From: a virus
Reading direction: 5' to 3' (one strand)
Length of the DNA stretch: 64,000 bases
IMG/VR virus record: IMGVR_UViG_3300028400_000005
Coordinates: 15,031-79,030 of that record
The translations under genes and the position numbers were made by a program. Under the pieces are notes generated by a model. That model saw only the letters and a list, made by a program, of their open reading frames with translations. It searched no databases and was not told where the DNA came from. Numbering within the stretch: position 1 is the stretch's first letter; every line of letters begins with the position of its first letter. Of the stretch, positions 53,987-62,565 are shown piece by piece.

Positions 53987-56590
53987 CTACGCCCCCCGGT
54001 GGTTCTGGGGCACGGCCGCCCCCAGGATCATTTCAAGCCCTTCACGGATGCGGTCGGCCTGGGGCCCGCTCACGCCCTCCACGCGGATGTTCTCGAGCCC
54101 GCGCACCTCGACGAGCACCCGCCGCTCCTGCGGCTCGGTGGTGCTGCCTTGCGGGCGGCCCAGGTACTGCTCGAAGAGCTTCTGCCAGTCCAGCGGGTCG
54201 GTGACCGGCTTGCCCCCGCGGATCATCTCCATGTGGAGGTGGGGCCCGGTCGCCGCCCCCGTCTGCCCCTCGAGCCCGATCCGGTCGCCGGCGCGCAGGC
54301 GCTGCCCTTCCTTGAGGTCGGTCGCCTGCAGGTGGGCGAACCGGGCCTGGGTGCCGTCCCCGAGGTCGAGGATCACGTAGGTGCCGTAGCCCTTGGGGTC
54401 CTTCCCGACCTTGGCCACGGTGGCCCGGGCAAAGGGGTTGACGATCGGGTCGCCCCCGACCCCGGGCTTGCCGATCGAGAAGTCGTAACCGGTGTGGCGG
54501 CGGGGCAGCGCGTCGGGGTCCACGCCCCGGGCGCGTAGCTGCGCGCGGGTGGCGGCGTCGTACTCGGCCCCCGGGGCGAGGGTGACGGCCACGCCCTCGG
54601 GGGAGAGCATCCCCAAGGCCCCGGCGCCGGCGGGGCGGCCGGGTGCTTCCCCGGGCACGTAGGCCCCGGTGGGGATCTCGCCGGCGAAGCCGCTCATGTC
54701 GGCGTCGGAGGAGAGGGAGCGGTCGCCGAAGCCGCGCGAGAAGCGCGAGAGGCCGATCGAGAAGCGGCCGTGTACCGAGCGCAGGCCGGCCTCGAAGTTA
54801 CCGGTGAGCTCGAGGCTCGCCAGGCTGCGCAGCCCGCGGGCCTCCTCGCCCAGAGCCCCCAGCTGGCGCGACTGCCAGTAGAAGCGGTTGGCCCCCTGCA
54901 CGTCCTCGGCCAGGTCCTGCCCCTCGGCGAAGACGGGGGCGCGTTCGGCCGCCTGGGTCACGAAGGCCTCGAGCCCGCCGGCGCCCAGGATGGTCAGCAG
55001 CTGCTCGTTGTCCACCCCGTACTGCTGCAGCAACGCCGCCTGCAGGGACAGACCCTGCGGTGAGCCCCCCAGGTTGCGCTGCAGGCGCCGGACCATCGCC
55101 GCCAGCTTCTCGGGCGCGCGCCCCTCAGCCAAGGCGCGCAGCGCGATCGGCAACGCCTGGATGGGGTTGGCCCGGGCCAGCTGCTCGTAGCCTCGAGCGG
55201 TGGCCCCGGAAAGGCCCAGCTCCTCGGCGGTGGGCAGCTCGCCGCCCATGGCGTCCAGCATGAGCATCTGCAGCCCGAAGTCGCCCTCCGCGGCGAGGGC
55301 CGATTTGATCCCCGACTGCGCCTGCGCCCCCGCCTGCCCCTGGAGCAGCCGGTTGCCGGTCTGGGCGAGCGCCTGCTGCAGCGCGGCGTTGAAGGCCAGG
55401 GTGCCCTGGGTGGCCTGCACGCCGCGGGCGGCGCTTTCCTGGGTGACGCGCAGGATGGCCTGCAGCGTGTCGGACTTGCTCACCCCGAGACGCACCCCCT
55501 CGGCGAGGGCCAGCTTCAGGGTCTCGAGCGGCTGCCCCATCTGGCCGCGGGCAAAGGTGCCGCTCATCCCCAGCTGGTGCATCAGCTGGGCGGTCTGCTC
55601 CTCGCCGATGCCGGTGGTGGCCGAAAACTGCAGCAGCGAGTACACGTCGCCGCGCATCCCGCCCGGAAGGTCGAGCATGGCCGCGTAGCGCTCGGCGTCG
55701 CGCGCGGTGTACCCGAGCCGCAGCAGGCGGGTATGGCTCAGGAGGTCGTCGCGGTTGCGGAAGAGGGTCAGCGGGTTCTCGCTCGACTCGTACTGGCGGG
55801 CCAGGTCGGCCGCGATCTCCAGCTCGTTGCGGCCCTCCTGGTTGGCCCGGGTGAGCGCGCCCTCGAGCATGCGGAAGCCCATGACGCCAGCCCCAAGGGC
55901 GAGGCCGGCCGGCCCCAGGAAGCGCAGGGCCCCGCCCAGCCAACCCATGCGGGCCAGCCCGGCGCCGCCCCAGCGCTCGAGCAGCTGCCCGATCAGCCCG
56001 CCCGGGCCACCGCCCTCACCTCCCGGGGGCTGCGGGCCCTGGGCCTCGGGCTTCTGGCCCTCCTTCTCCAGGGACTCCTTGTGCTCCTTGACGGCGTCGG
56101 TGAGCTCCTGCAGGGCCTCCTCGAGGCTTTCGATGCGGTCGTCCGGGGCCCCGGCCTGGCGGGCGGCCTCGAGGTAGGTGCCTAGCGTGGCCAGCCGCCC
56201 CTGGATGCGTTCGATCTCCGAGTAGGTGCGGGCGCCGGCCAGCGAGGCCCCGGCCGTCACGAGGCCGCGGTCCACGCGCGAAAGCAAGGCGGCGGGGTTG
56301 GCCTGACTCAGGTCCACCTTCCCCAGGACGCCCCCGCCGGCACCGCCGGCGGCCGCTTCCTCCACGGCGGAGCGCATGCGCTGGCCGAGGTTCTTCGCCA
56401 TGTCCTCGAAGGCGCGCTCGACCTCGCGGGCCACCTCGCGGGCCTTCTGCGCGGTGCCGTCCAGGCCCTCCGTGGCCCCTTCGGCGGCCGTCTCCACTTC
56501 GGCGGCCCGGCGCTTGGCCTCCTCGATGGACTGCTCGTCGGACGTGACCCGCACGCGCCCTTCGATGTTGACCTCTACCCGCTTCTCCAC
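53987..56590 (-). CDS. Tape measure protein with C-terminal M23 peptidase
   Basis: Ala/Gly/Gln-rich helical body; HTGYD, GYGTYV, FAHL, GQTGAATGPHLHME zinc-peptidase motifs. Confidence 0.88.
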   Translation of the reverse strand: MEKRVEVNIEGRVRVTSDEQSIEEAKRRAAEVETAAEGATEGLDGTAQKAREVAREVERAFEDMAKNLGQRMRSAVEEAAAGGAGGGVLGKVDLSQANPAALLSRVDRGLVTAGASLAGARTYSEIERIQGRLATLGTYLEAARQAGAPDDRIESLEEALQELTDAVKEHKESLEKEGQKPEAQGPQPPGGEGGGPGGLIGQLLERWGGAGLARMGWLGGALRFLGPAGLALGAGVMGFRMLEGALTRANQEGRNELEIAADLARQYESSENPLTLFRNRDDLLSHTRLLRLGYTARDAERYAAMLDLPGGMRGDVYSLLQFSATTGIGEEQTAQLMHQLGMSGTFARGQMGQPLETLKLALAEGVRLGVSKSDTLQAILRVTQESAARGVQATQGTLAFNAALQQALAQTGNRLLQGQAGAQAQSGIKSALAAEGDFGLQMLMLDAMGGELPTAEELGLSGATARGYEQLARANPIQALPIALRALAEGRAPEKLAAMVRRLQRNLGGSPQGLSLQAALLQQYGVDNEQLLTILGAGGLEAFVTQAAERAPVFAEGQDLAEDVQGANRFYWQSRQLGALGEEARGLRSLASLELTGNFEAGLRSVHGRFSIGLSRFSRGFGDRSLSSDADMSGFAGEIPTGAYVPGEAPGRPAGAGALGMLSPEGVAVTLAPGAEYDAATRAQLRARGVDPDALPRRHTGYDFSIGKPGVGGDPIVNPFARATVAKVGKDPKGYGTYVILDLGDGTQARFAHLQATDLKEGQRLRAGDRIGLEGQTGAATGPHLHMEMIRGGKPVTDPLDWQKLFEQYLGRPQGSTTEPQERRVLVEVRGLENIRVEGVSGPQADRIREGLEMILGAAVPQNHRGA

Positions 56591-56591
56591 C

Positions 56592-56894
56592 TCAGACCTC
56601 CACTACTCCACGTTCGCCGCGGTAGCCCTTGCCCCCGGGGAGGGCGGCCTGCCACGCGCTCTCGCGCTGGTCGCGCTCCCGGAACTCGGCCAGCGCGCGC
56701 TCGTCCTCCAGGGCCTGGGCGAGCTTGGGTTGCTCGAGCTCGAGCACGAACCGCGCCCGCTCGAAGGTGAGGGGGCCCTTGATCCCCAGGGCTTCGAGGG
56801 GATCACGCCCGAGGCGCTTGGCCGCCTCGTAGATCCACGGCGTCTCAGGATGCCGTCTCAGCTCCGCCAGCAGCTCCGCCTCGGCCACGAAAGG
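56592..56894 (-). CDS. Tail assembly chaperone extension (+1 frame; gpT-like)
   Basis: No good independent start; overlaps the chaperone end at TCC TTT CGT. Confidence 0.6.
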   Translation of the reverse strand, partial: PFVAEAELLAELRRHPETPWIYEAAKRLGRDPLEALGIKGPLTFERARFVLELEQPKLAQALEDERALAEFRERDQRESAWQAALPGGKGYRGERGVVEV

Positions 56895-57228
56895 AGTCCT
56901 CCAGTTCGATGTAGGCCTTGTAGACGGCCCAGAGCACGTCCACGTCGGGGCCCACGAGCTCGCCCGGGGCGAGCACCGGCTTGCCGTCGGGGCCGGTGAT
57001 GTAGAAGCCCTCGGGGGCGGTGTCAATCACGTGCTCGAGCGTGGCCAGCATCCGGGTCAGGGCGCGCTCCTCGGGGGGCAGCTGCTCCCATTGCATGGGG
57101 GCGCTCATCTGGGCGACCCGGCGCCCGATGCGGATCTGCTCGTACAGGGTGGCCAGGTGGAACGTGACCTCGCCGGCCAGGCGGGGGTTGCCGTGCTGGA
57201 TGGTGACGCTTCCGGTAGCGGTATCCAT
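56845..57228 (-). CDS. Tail assembly chaperone (gpG-like)
   Basis: Between tube and TMP; ATLEHVIDTAP motif. Confidence 0.75.
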   Translation of the reverse strand: MDTATGSVTIQHGNPRLAGEVTFHLATLYEQIRIGRRVAQMSAPMQWEQLPPEERALTRMLATLEHVIDTAPEGFYITGPDGKPVLAPGELVGPDVDVLWAVYKAYIELEDSFRGRGGAAGGAETAS

Positions 57229-57257
57229 GCCCGCACCTTAGACGCCGGGGCGGCATG

Positions 57258-57283
57258 AAAACGCCGGGGCCTCGGCCCCGGCG
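57258..57283 (-). terminator. Intrinsic terminator after tail tube gene
   Basis: CGCCGGGGC-CGAG-GCCCCGGCG-TTTT on the minus strand. Confidence 0.7.
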
Positions 57284-57299
57284 CGAAAAAGGGGGTGGG

Positions 57300-57746
57300 T
57301 TAGACCTGGACCGGCCCGACCCCGGCCGCGGCGCCGCTGTCGTCCACGCGCAGCGCCATGAACTGCACGTTGCGCGAGATCGGCTGGTTGGCGTTCACGC
57401 CCAGGGAGCGGTTGCTGAGCGTGCAGCCGCGCAGCACGAAGAGCACCGAGCCGTCCGACTCGTCGTAGGCCTCGATGTCGAAGGTGGGCAGCTCGACGAG
57501 CTCGCCCTTCCCGAGGCTCAGGTCCTCGAGCGCGCGCTCCTTCCAGTAGAGGGCGCTGATGGTCCCCTGGGCCTGGTACTGGTTGTGGATGTGCTCGTGG
57601 GGGTACTCGGAGCCGATGGTGTAGACCCCCGAGGTGCCCCCGGCCTCCGAGACCTGCAGGCTGGTGCCCTCCGCCATGACCTTGCCGCCCATCACGATGC
57701 GGCAGCGGTTGGCGTGGCGGGTGTTCTGGTTGCTAATCTGCGACAC
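57300..57746 (-). CDS. Tail tube protein
   Basis: 148 aa directly after sheath; VYTIGS..P.E, FDIE.YD, LRGC, NVQFMA; AAGGAGG RBS. Confidence 0.85.
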   Translation of the reverse strand: MSQISNQNTRHANRCRIVMGGKVMAEGTSLQVSEAGGTSGVYTIGSEYPHEHIHNQYQAQGTISALYWKERALEDLSLGKGELVELPTFDIEAYDESDGSVLFVLRGCTLSNRSLGVNANQPISRNVQFMALRVDDSGAAAGVGPVQV

Positions 57747-57760
57747 GGTTCACTCCTCCT

Positions 57761-59500
57761 TTACGCGCTCGCCACGATCTTGACGGGGGTGAGGTTGGCG
57801 GTGGCCACGACGTAGGCGATCTCGCCCACGGGGTGCGCCTCGTAGCGGATGCCCACCAGGTCGAAGCCGTCCATGACCGCCTCGACGTTGCGGAAGGCGG
57901 GGGTCGGGGCCCCGGTCGCGGGATCCACGCCGGGGGTGAGCACGCCGTCCGGGTTGTTGGGGCCGCGCACTTCCTCCTGCAGCATGCCCACGACGGCGTT
58001 CAGGATCTGCTTCACGGTGAGGGCGTCCCCGACCTGACCCACGAAGCGCGCGAGGCGCTTGCGGATCTTCTTGTTGAGCCAGTCGGCGATGTCCATCCCC
58101 GCGATCTTGCGGTAGATGACGTTCGCGTCACGGGTGTACGAGGTGATCCCCTGGGTGATGACCCAGCGCTCGTTGGGCGCGTCGTAGTGCGCGGGCATGA
58201 CCCCGGCCTCGAGCAGCTCCTCGAGCTCGGCGGTGCTCCACTTGGTGCCGCCGTAGACCGCGATGGCCTTGTTGGTGAGGGGCATCTCCGGCCGGTTGCC
58301 CGCCTTCATGCCCGCCGCCATGGCGGCGAAGTAGTAGGCGGCCAGGCGCTCGACCTTGCCGGTGGCGGTGCTGATCATCTCGGGCTCGAAGCCGGCCACG
58401 ACCACGCGCGCGCCGCCGATGGTGCGGGCCATTTCCTTCAGGGCGTCCTTGAGCGCCGTCTTGCTCGACTGCAGATCGGGACCGACGAAGAGCTGGCGCT
58501 CGCGTCGCGCCTTGGTGTCGCTCATGTCGAGCACGTGCTGACGGGCGGCCGCCAGTACGGCCAGGTCGCCGGTGCCCAGCACGACGCCGTAGACCTCCAC
58601 CGACTCGATCAGGCTGAGGGCGTTGAGCCAGTCCTGCACGGTGGGCGCCGGACCCTCCGACCCTCCGGAGAGGAACTGCCAGCTCGAGGTGGCGCTGGGG
58701 GCGGCCGCCTGCGCGGTCGCCTTGACGATGGCGCTGTCAGCGAGGGCGTACTCGTAGGCCTTGCCCTGCAGGCTGACCGTGCCGACGAGGGGCGTGCCGG
58801 CGAGGGTGACGGTCTGGGCGGGCAGGTCCTCGGTGCGCACGCCGACCAGCGGCCCCACGAGCCGCGCGCTCCACTCGCTGGTGTTGTTGATCGCGTCCAC
58901 CAGCTTCTCGAGGGTGTCCAGCTGGTCCGAGTCGAAGGTGGCCGTGGCGTCGCCCGTGAGGGTGAGCGTCTTCACGCCGGCGTTGTCGGTCACGGCCGCG
59001 CTGGGGCTGGCGTTCGTGCCCTCGTAGGTGAGCTCGAGCACCGGCCCGAGCCCCTTGTAGGCCTCGGCCAGGCCGCGGTAGGTGTCCTCCACCTGCAGGT
59101 CGTAGGCGTCGCCGTTGGCGATGCGCAACGCCCGTACCGCGTTGCCCACGCGGCCGGCCACCTTGGCCTCGAGCACCACGTCGCCCAGGTCGAGGGTGGC
59201 GGGGGTGGCCTGGTTGACGCGCACGAAGTAGATGTCGGTCGCGCCGCCCACCTCGCCGCTGGGGCCCATGGCCACCTCGGCGAGCTTGGCCCCGACGCCG
59301 CCCACCAGCTTCTCGCGGATCTCGCTGAACCGGGTGATGCGCGTCACGCCGCCCACCTCGCCCCCCTGGGCCGGGGCCAGGATGGCGAGCGCGCGGCTGG
59401 GAACGCCGCGCTCGGGGGTCATGCCCTCCGCACGCACGCGCGCGTAGACTCCGGGCAGGACGATGTCCCTGCCGTTGAAAAAGATGCCGAACTTGCTCAT
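57761..59500 (-). CDS. Contractile tail sheath protein
   Basis: LPGVYA N-terminus, LSGGSEG, AAMAAG, PLTNK, ELEELLEAGV, ITQGITSY. Confidence 0.9.
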   Translation of the reverse strand: MSKFGIFFNGRDIVLPGVYARVRAEGMTPERGVPSRALAILAPAQGGEVGGVTRITRFSEIREKLVGGVGAKLAEVAMGPSGEVGGATDIYFVRVNQATPATLDLGDVVLEAKVAGRVGNAVRALRIANGDAYDLQVEDTYRGLAEAYKGLGPVLELTYEGTNASPSAAVTDNAGVKTLTLTGDATATFDSDQLDTLEKLVDAINNTSEWSARLVGPLVGVRTEDLPAQTVTLAGTPLVGTVSLQGKAYEYALADSAIVKATAQAAAPSATSSWQFLSGGSEGPAPTVQDWLNALSLIESVEVYGVVLGTGDLAVLAAARQHVLDMSDTKARRERQLFVGPDLQSSKTALKDALKEMARTIGGARVVVAGFEPEMISTATGKVERLAAYYFAAMAAGMKAGNRPEMPLTNKAIAVYGGTKWSTAELEELLEAGVMPAHYDAPNERWVITQGITSYTRDANVIYRKIAGMDIADWLNKKIRKRLARFVGQVGDALTVKQILNAVVGMLQEEVRGPNNPDGVLTPGVDPATGAPTPAFRNVEAVMDGFDLVGIRYEAHPVGEIAYVVATANLTPVKIVASA

Positions 59501-59514
59501 TCTGCCTCCTTACG

Positions 59515-59712
59515 TTACGTCCGCTGCTTGAGAATGGACTTCACCAGGTTTTCCCACCCCTCCAGGGTGCGCTTTTCGCGTGCATGCAGCGCCTGGAGAA
59601 CGCCCTTGATCATGGGCCCCTGCGGCTGGTGCTGCAGGAACACGTTCAGGCTGATCTTTTCGGGCTTCTTGGCGGGCTTCGGGTTGGTGTTCGCCGCCTT
59701 TGTGCGTCCCAT
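59515..59712 (-). CDS. Small basic protein preceding sheath
   Basis: ATG 59712 after a late-type promoter. Confidence 0.6.
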   Translation of the reverse strand: MGRTKAANTNPKPAKKPEKISLNVFLQHQPQGPMIKGVLQALHAREKRTLEGWENLVKSILKQRT

Positions 59713-59790
59713 ACACCGCCACTCTAGCGACGTTTGCCGTAAGGAAACCGCCCGCTCGAGCGGGCGGTGGGCGGGCGCAGCGCCCGCGTC

Positions 59791-60067
59791 TGGTGGAGCC
59801 GGCGGGAGTCGAACCCGCGTCCGAAAAGGGTCACTCAAGCGCGTCTACGGACGTAGCCCGTGGTGCTGCTCCGGTCCACGGCCCGGGCCAGCCGTGGGCG
59901 GGTGAGCGAGGTAAGGCATGGAATCTTGAAACCGGTGGTGTGCGCCGTCAGGCAGCGCGGAGTTGCGGTTGGGTGTTGCCAGTTATGGGTGCCGGTTTTT
60001 ACGAGGCCTCCGGCCCCTCGGCCCGCAACGCTCGAGCTCGCCTCCCCGTCGAATCCGTTTCGGCCCC
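59791..60067 (-). ncRNA. ssrA: tmRNA (277 nt), tag (A)GNTQPQLRAA
   Basis: 5' GGGGCCGAAACGGATTCGAC; 3' GACGCGGGTTCGACTCCCGCCGGCTCCACCA; G3:U acceptor stem; ATAACT then resume codon GGC (59980) to TGA (59948). Confidence 0.93.
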
Positions 60068-60117
60068 AGGTTGTGCGGTACCCCGGGGGGCACCGTGTGT
60101 CTAGTGTACAAGACGGC

Positions 60118-60336
60118 CTAATCAGCATGCAAGCTGAGCGCCTTGTCTACCCAGTCAACGTTGACGAGCCGGCCCCCGCACGCGGGGCAAAGCAGGTGGT
60201 AGGGGTCGCCCGGGCGCGACTCGAGGGGGTGCACCTCATGCGTGGTCGGGTCTTCGGCCTCCGCGTAGGTCTCGTCCGCGGTGACGTAGTAGCCGGATGC
60301 GCAGCGGTCGCAAACGTGGTAGGCGTCGGTCAGCAT
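60118..60336 (-). CDS. Small zinc-ribbon protein
   Basis: CDRC...CPACGG; GAGG RBS. Confidence 0.6.
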   Translation of the reverse strand: MLTDAYHVCDRCASGYYVTADETYAEAEDPTTHEVHPLESRPGDPYHLLCPACGGRLVNVDWVDKALSLHAD

Positions 60337-60342
60337 GGTTCC

Positions 60343-61242
60343 TCACAGGGGGGTGATGAAGGTCTCGAGGTCGCCCACGGAGTAGCGCAGCTCCTCCCGG
60401 GCGACGACTTCGATCTCGCCGTCCAGGGTGATCTCCTCGCCGAAGACCATGAAGCCCTCCGGCGCCGGGGCCGCGTGGGTCATGCGCTGGATGGTCAGGC
60501 CGCGGTACCCGACCGACTCGAGCAGCGGCTGGTCGGTGAGCAAGGCGTCGTGCAAGGCGTTGGCGAGCTCGGTGCGCTCGGCCGGGCTCTCGCTCACCAC
60601 GAGCATGTCGAGGCGGGCGCGGTAACGGTAGGCGTACTCGCGGTAGGCGGTGCCGTCGCCGTTGTCGGTCCACTCGCCGCGGTGCTGCCCGATCCCGTAG
60701 GACGTGGGGATGATGGCCTCCTTGATGAGAACGGCGGGCAGGGGGTCGTCCTTGGCCAGGCTTTCCTGCTCGAGCACGGGGATGTACCCCGCCGCCGGCT
60801 GCACGCGTCCCGAGTCCACGACGCGCTGCAGGTGGTACTCCAGCCGCGGACGCACCAGGTCGCGGGTGGCGAAGGAGGCCGCGGCCCGGGTCGGCTGGCT
60901 GGCGTCCACGGCGACCGTGACGGGGGGCAGGTAGCTACCCCCGCGGTCGGGGGTGGCGAAGAGGTGGTAGTAGACCGGCCCCTGCTCGAGCTCGGGGTGC
61001 AGGTCGAACGCCTGCAGGTACACCAGGTTCGGGTGCGCCCGCAGGCGCAGGGGGTCGTCGGCGGGGTAGAGGCGGCTCGAGGGGGAGACCACGACGCGCG
61101 CGTCGGCGGGGTTGGCGGGGTCCGGGGGGGTCGCCGTCCGGGTCGTCAGCACGAGGGGAGCGAGGCCCTGCTCGAGGCCCATGACGATCCGGGCCGCTCC
61201 GCCGGACGGGACGGGTTGGACGTAGAAGCGCGTCTCAGCCAT
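60343..61242 (-). CDS. Tail completion/terminator-like protein
   Basis: Position before sheath; LPAVLI...YGIG...LDMLVVSESPAERTEL. Confidence 0.6.
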   Translation of the reverse strand: MAETRFYVQPVPSGGAARIVMGLEQGLAPLVLTTRTATPPDPANPADARVVVSPSSRLYPADDPLRLRAHPNLVYLQAFDLHPELEQGPVYYHLFATPDRGGSYLPPVTVAVDASQPTRAAASFATRDLVRPRLEYHLQRVVDSGRVQPAAGYIPVLEQESLAKDDPLPAVLIKEAIIPTSYGIGQHRGEWTDNGDGTAYREYAYRYRARLDMLVVSESPAERTELANALHDALLTDQPLLESVGYRGLTIQRMTHAAPAPEGFMVFGEEITLDGEIEVVAREELRYSVGDLETFITPL

Positions 61243-61421
61243 GTGGCCACCCTACGGCGCGGCGCGGTAGGTTGAGGTTGCGAGGCGCTGAGCGTCGCGT
61301 AGTCCGGCCGGCGCTGCCGTGTACGTACCCTGGGGGCGGAAGGACACGGCCTCGCCGCACGCGAGAGCGCGCCTGGCCCGCGCGCAGCCTCCCGTCAGGC
61401 CGGACACTCAACCTCCCACAG

Positions 61422-61450
61422 GGCGGGCGGGGCTCCATGCCCCGCCCGCC
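61422..61450. terminator. GC hairpin after neck gene
   Basis: GGCGGGCGGGGC-TCCAT-GCCCCGCCCGCC. Confidence 0.55.
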
Positions 61451-61456
61451 GTCTCC

Positions 61457-62347
61457 TTAGCGCTCGCCGGCGCGGCGCTTCAGACGCTCGATGTCGCGCT
61501 CGAGGGCTTCCTCCATCAGGGCGGGGTAGATCTGCTCCACCCACTCGTACACGGCCCGGGCCACCCCGAGCTCGGGGGTCCCGGGGTGCATCCAGCCCTC
61601 GGGGCTGGCCTCGCTCAGGGTGCGGAAGGTCATGTACTCGCTGCGCAGGAAGCCGAACTCGGGGTTGCGCATGCGCACCATGCCCACCAGCCGCTTGCCC
61701 ACCCCCTCGTTGGGGTCGAGCCCCAGCTCCGCCACGTCCGTCGGGGTTAGCCGATCGCCCCAGCGGTAGGTGTAGCGCTTCACCGCGACCTTCTCGTCCA
61801 GCACCGAGGGCTCCTCGTACTCGCCGGTGATCCAGGAGTCCTCACGGTCGCCCTGCAGCCACCAGGTGTACACCGCCTGCGGCATCTCGCGGCCCACGTA
61901 GGCCCCGACGGCGAGCGTGCCCGGCGTGCCCCACCGGAAGGGGATCACCAGGTAGCGGTGGCCCTTCTTGCTCAGGCGCACCTTGTGGGAGCTGTAGAGG
62001 AGCTTGTGCATGTCCCACGCCGGCGTGCCCCACTCGAGGCTGCCCGCCTTGGGGTCGTCCGAGTAGACGACGTAGCGCACGTAGCCGTCGCCGGTGTCCA
62101 CCTCGATCTGAATGCTGTCGGCGTACTGGCCGGTGTGCCGGCGCATGCGGTGGCCGTTGGGCAGGGGCAGGTCTCCCGAGGCGTAGGCGATCCAGCGCCG
62201 TTGCGCGGCCTCGGCCAGCGCGCTAATAGCCCGCAGCGAGTTGGGGAAGACGGCCCCCACGTCGCCGACCGCCCGGGCCAGCATGGCCTCGAGCTTGCCC
62301 GGCAACCCGAGCTGGACCTGCACGTCGTAGGAGCCGCTGCGCCGCAT
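61457..62347 (-). CDS. Neck / head-tail joining protein
   Basis: TGQYADSI, LEWGTPAWDM, RYLVIPFR, YMTFRTLS..S..GWMHPG motifs. Confidence 0.7.
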   Translation of the reverse strand: MRRSGSYDVQVQLGLPGKLEAMLARAVGDVGAVFPNSLRAISALAEAAQRRWIAYASGDLPLPNGHRMRRHTGQYADSIQIEVDTGDGYVRYVVYSDDPKAGSLEWGTPAWDMHKLLYSSHKVRLSKKGHRYLVIPFRWGTPGTLAVGAYVGREMPQAVYTWWLQGDREDSWITGEYEEPSVLDEKVAVKRYTYRWGDRLTPTDVAELGLDPNEGVGKRLVGMVRMRNPEFGFLRSEYMTFRTLSEASPEGWMHPGTPELGVARAVYEWVEQIYPALMEEALERDIERLKRRAGER

Positions 62348-62385
62348 GCCCGCACCCTAGCGCCCCGTAACGTAAGAGGCGGCGC

Positions 62386-62565
62386 TCAGCGCCGCCTCTG
62401 GATCTTGCGCGCCGCGCGCTGGCGACGCCGTCGCGCCTTGCGCCCGGTGAGGGCGGAAAGGGGCGGCTTCGTTCCGCCCCGCCGCTTCGGCGACGGGGAC
62501 GCGCGCAGCTTGGCGGGCTTTCGGTCTCCGGCCAGGGCTAGCAGGTTGGCAAGCAGCTCACGCAT
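62386..62565 (-). CDS. 59-aa Arg/Lys-rich peptide
   Basis: Read by hand: MRELLANLLALAGDRKPAKLRASPSPKRRGGTKPPLSALTGRKARRRRQRAARKIQRRR; AAGGAGG RBS. Confidence 0.55.
   Translation of the reverse strand: MRELLANLLALAGDRKPAKLRASPSPKRRGGTKPPLSALTGRKARRRRQRAARKIQRRR

Noticed and set aside
59791-59830. ssrA 3' end as a prophage attachment site, or a tRNA-Ala
   Set aside because: Phage tail genes flank both sides, no duplicated 3' fragment or integrase is seen, and the full tmRNA body with tag ORF is present.
61252-61407. Possible ~51-aa minus-strand ORF with GGGAGG RBS between neck and tail-completion genes
   Set aside because: No recognisable features and an unconvincing composition; cannot be supported from sequence alone.
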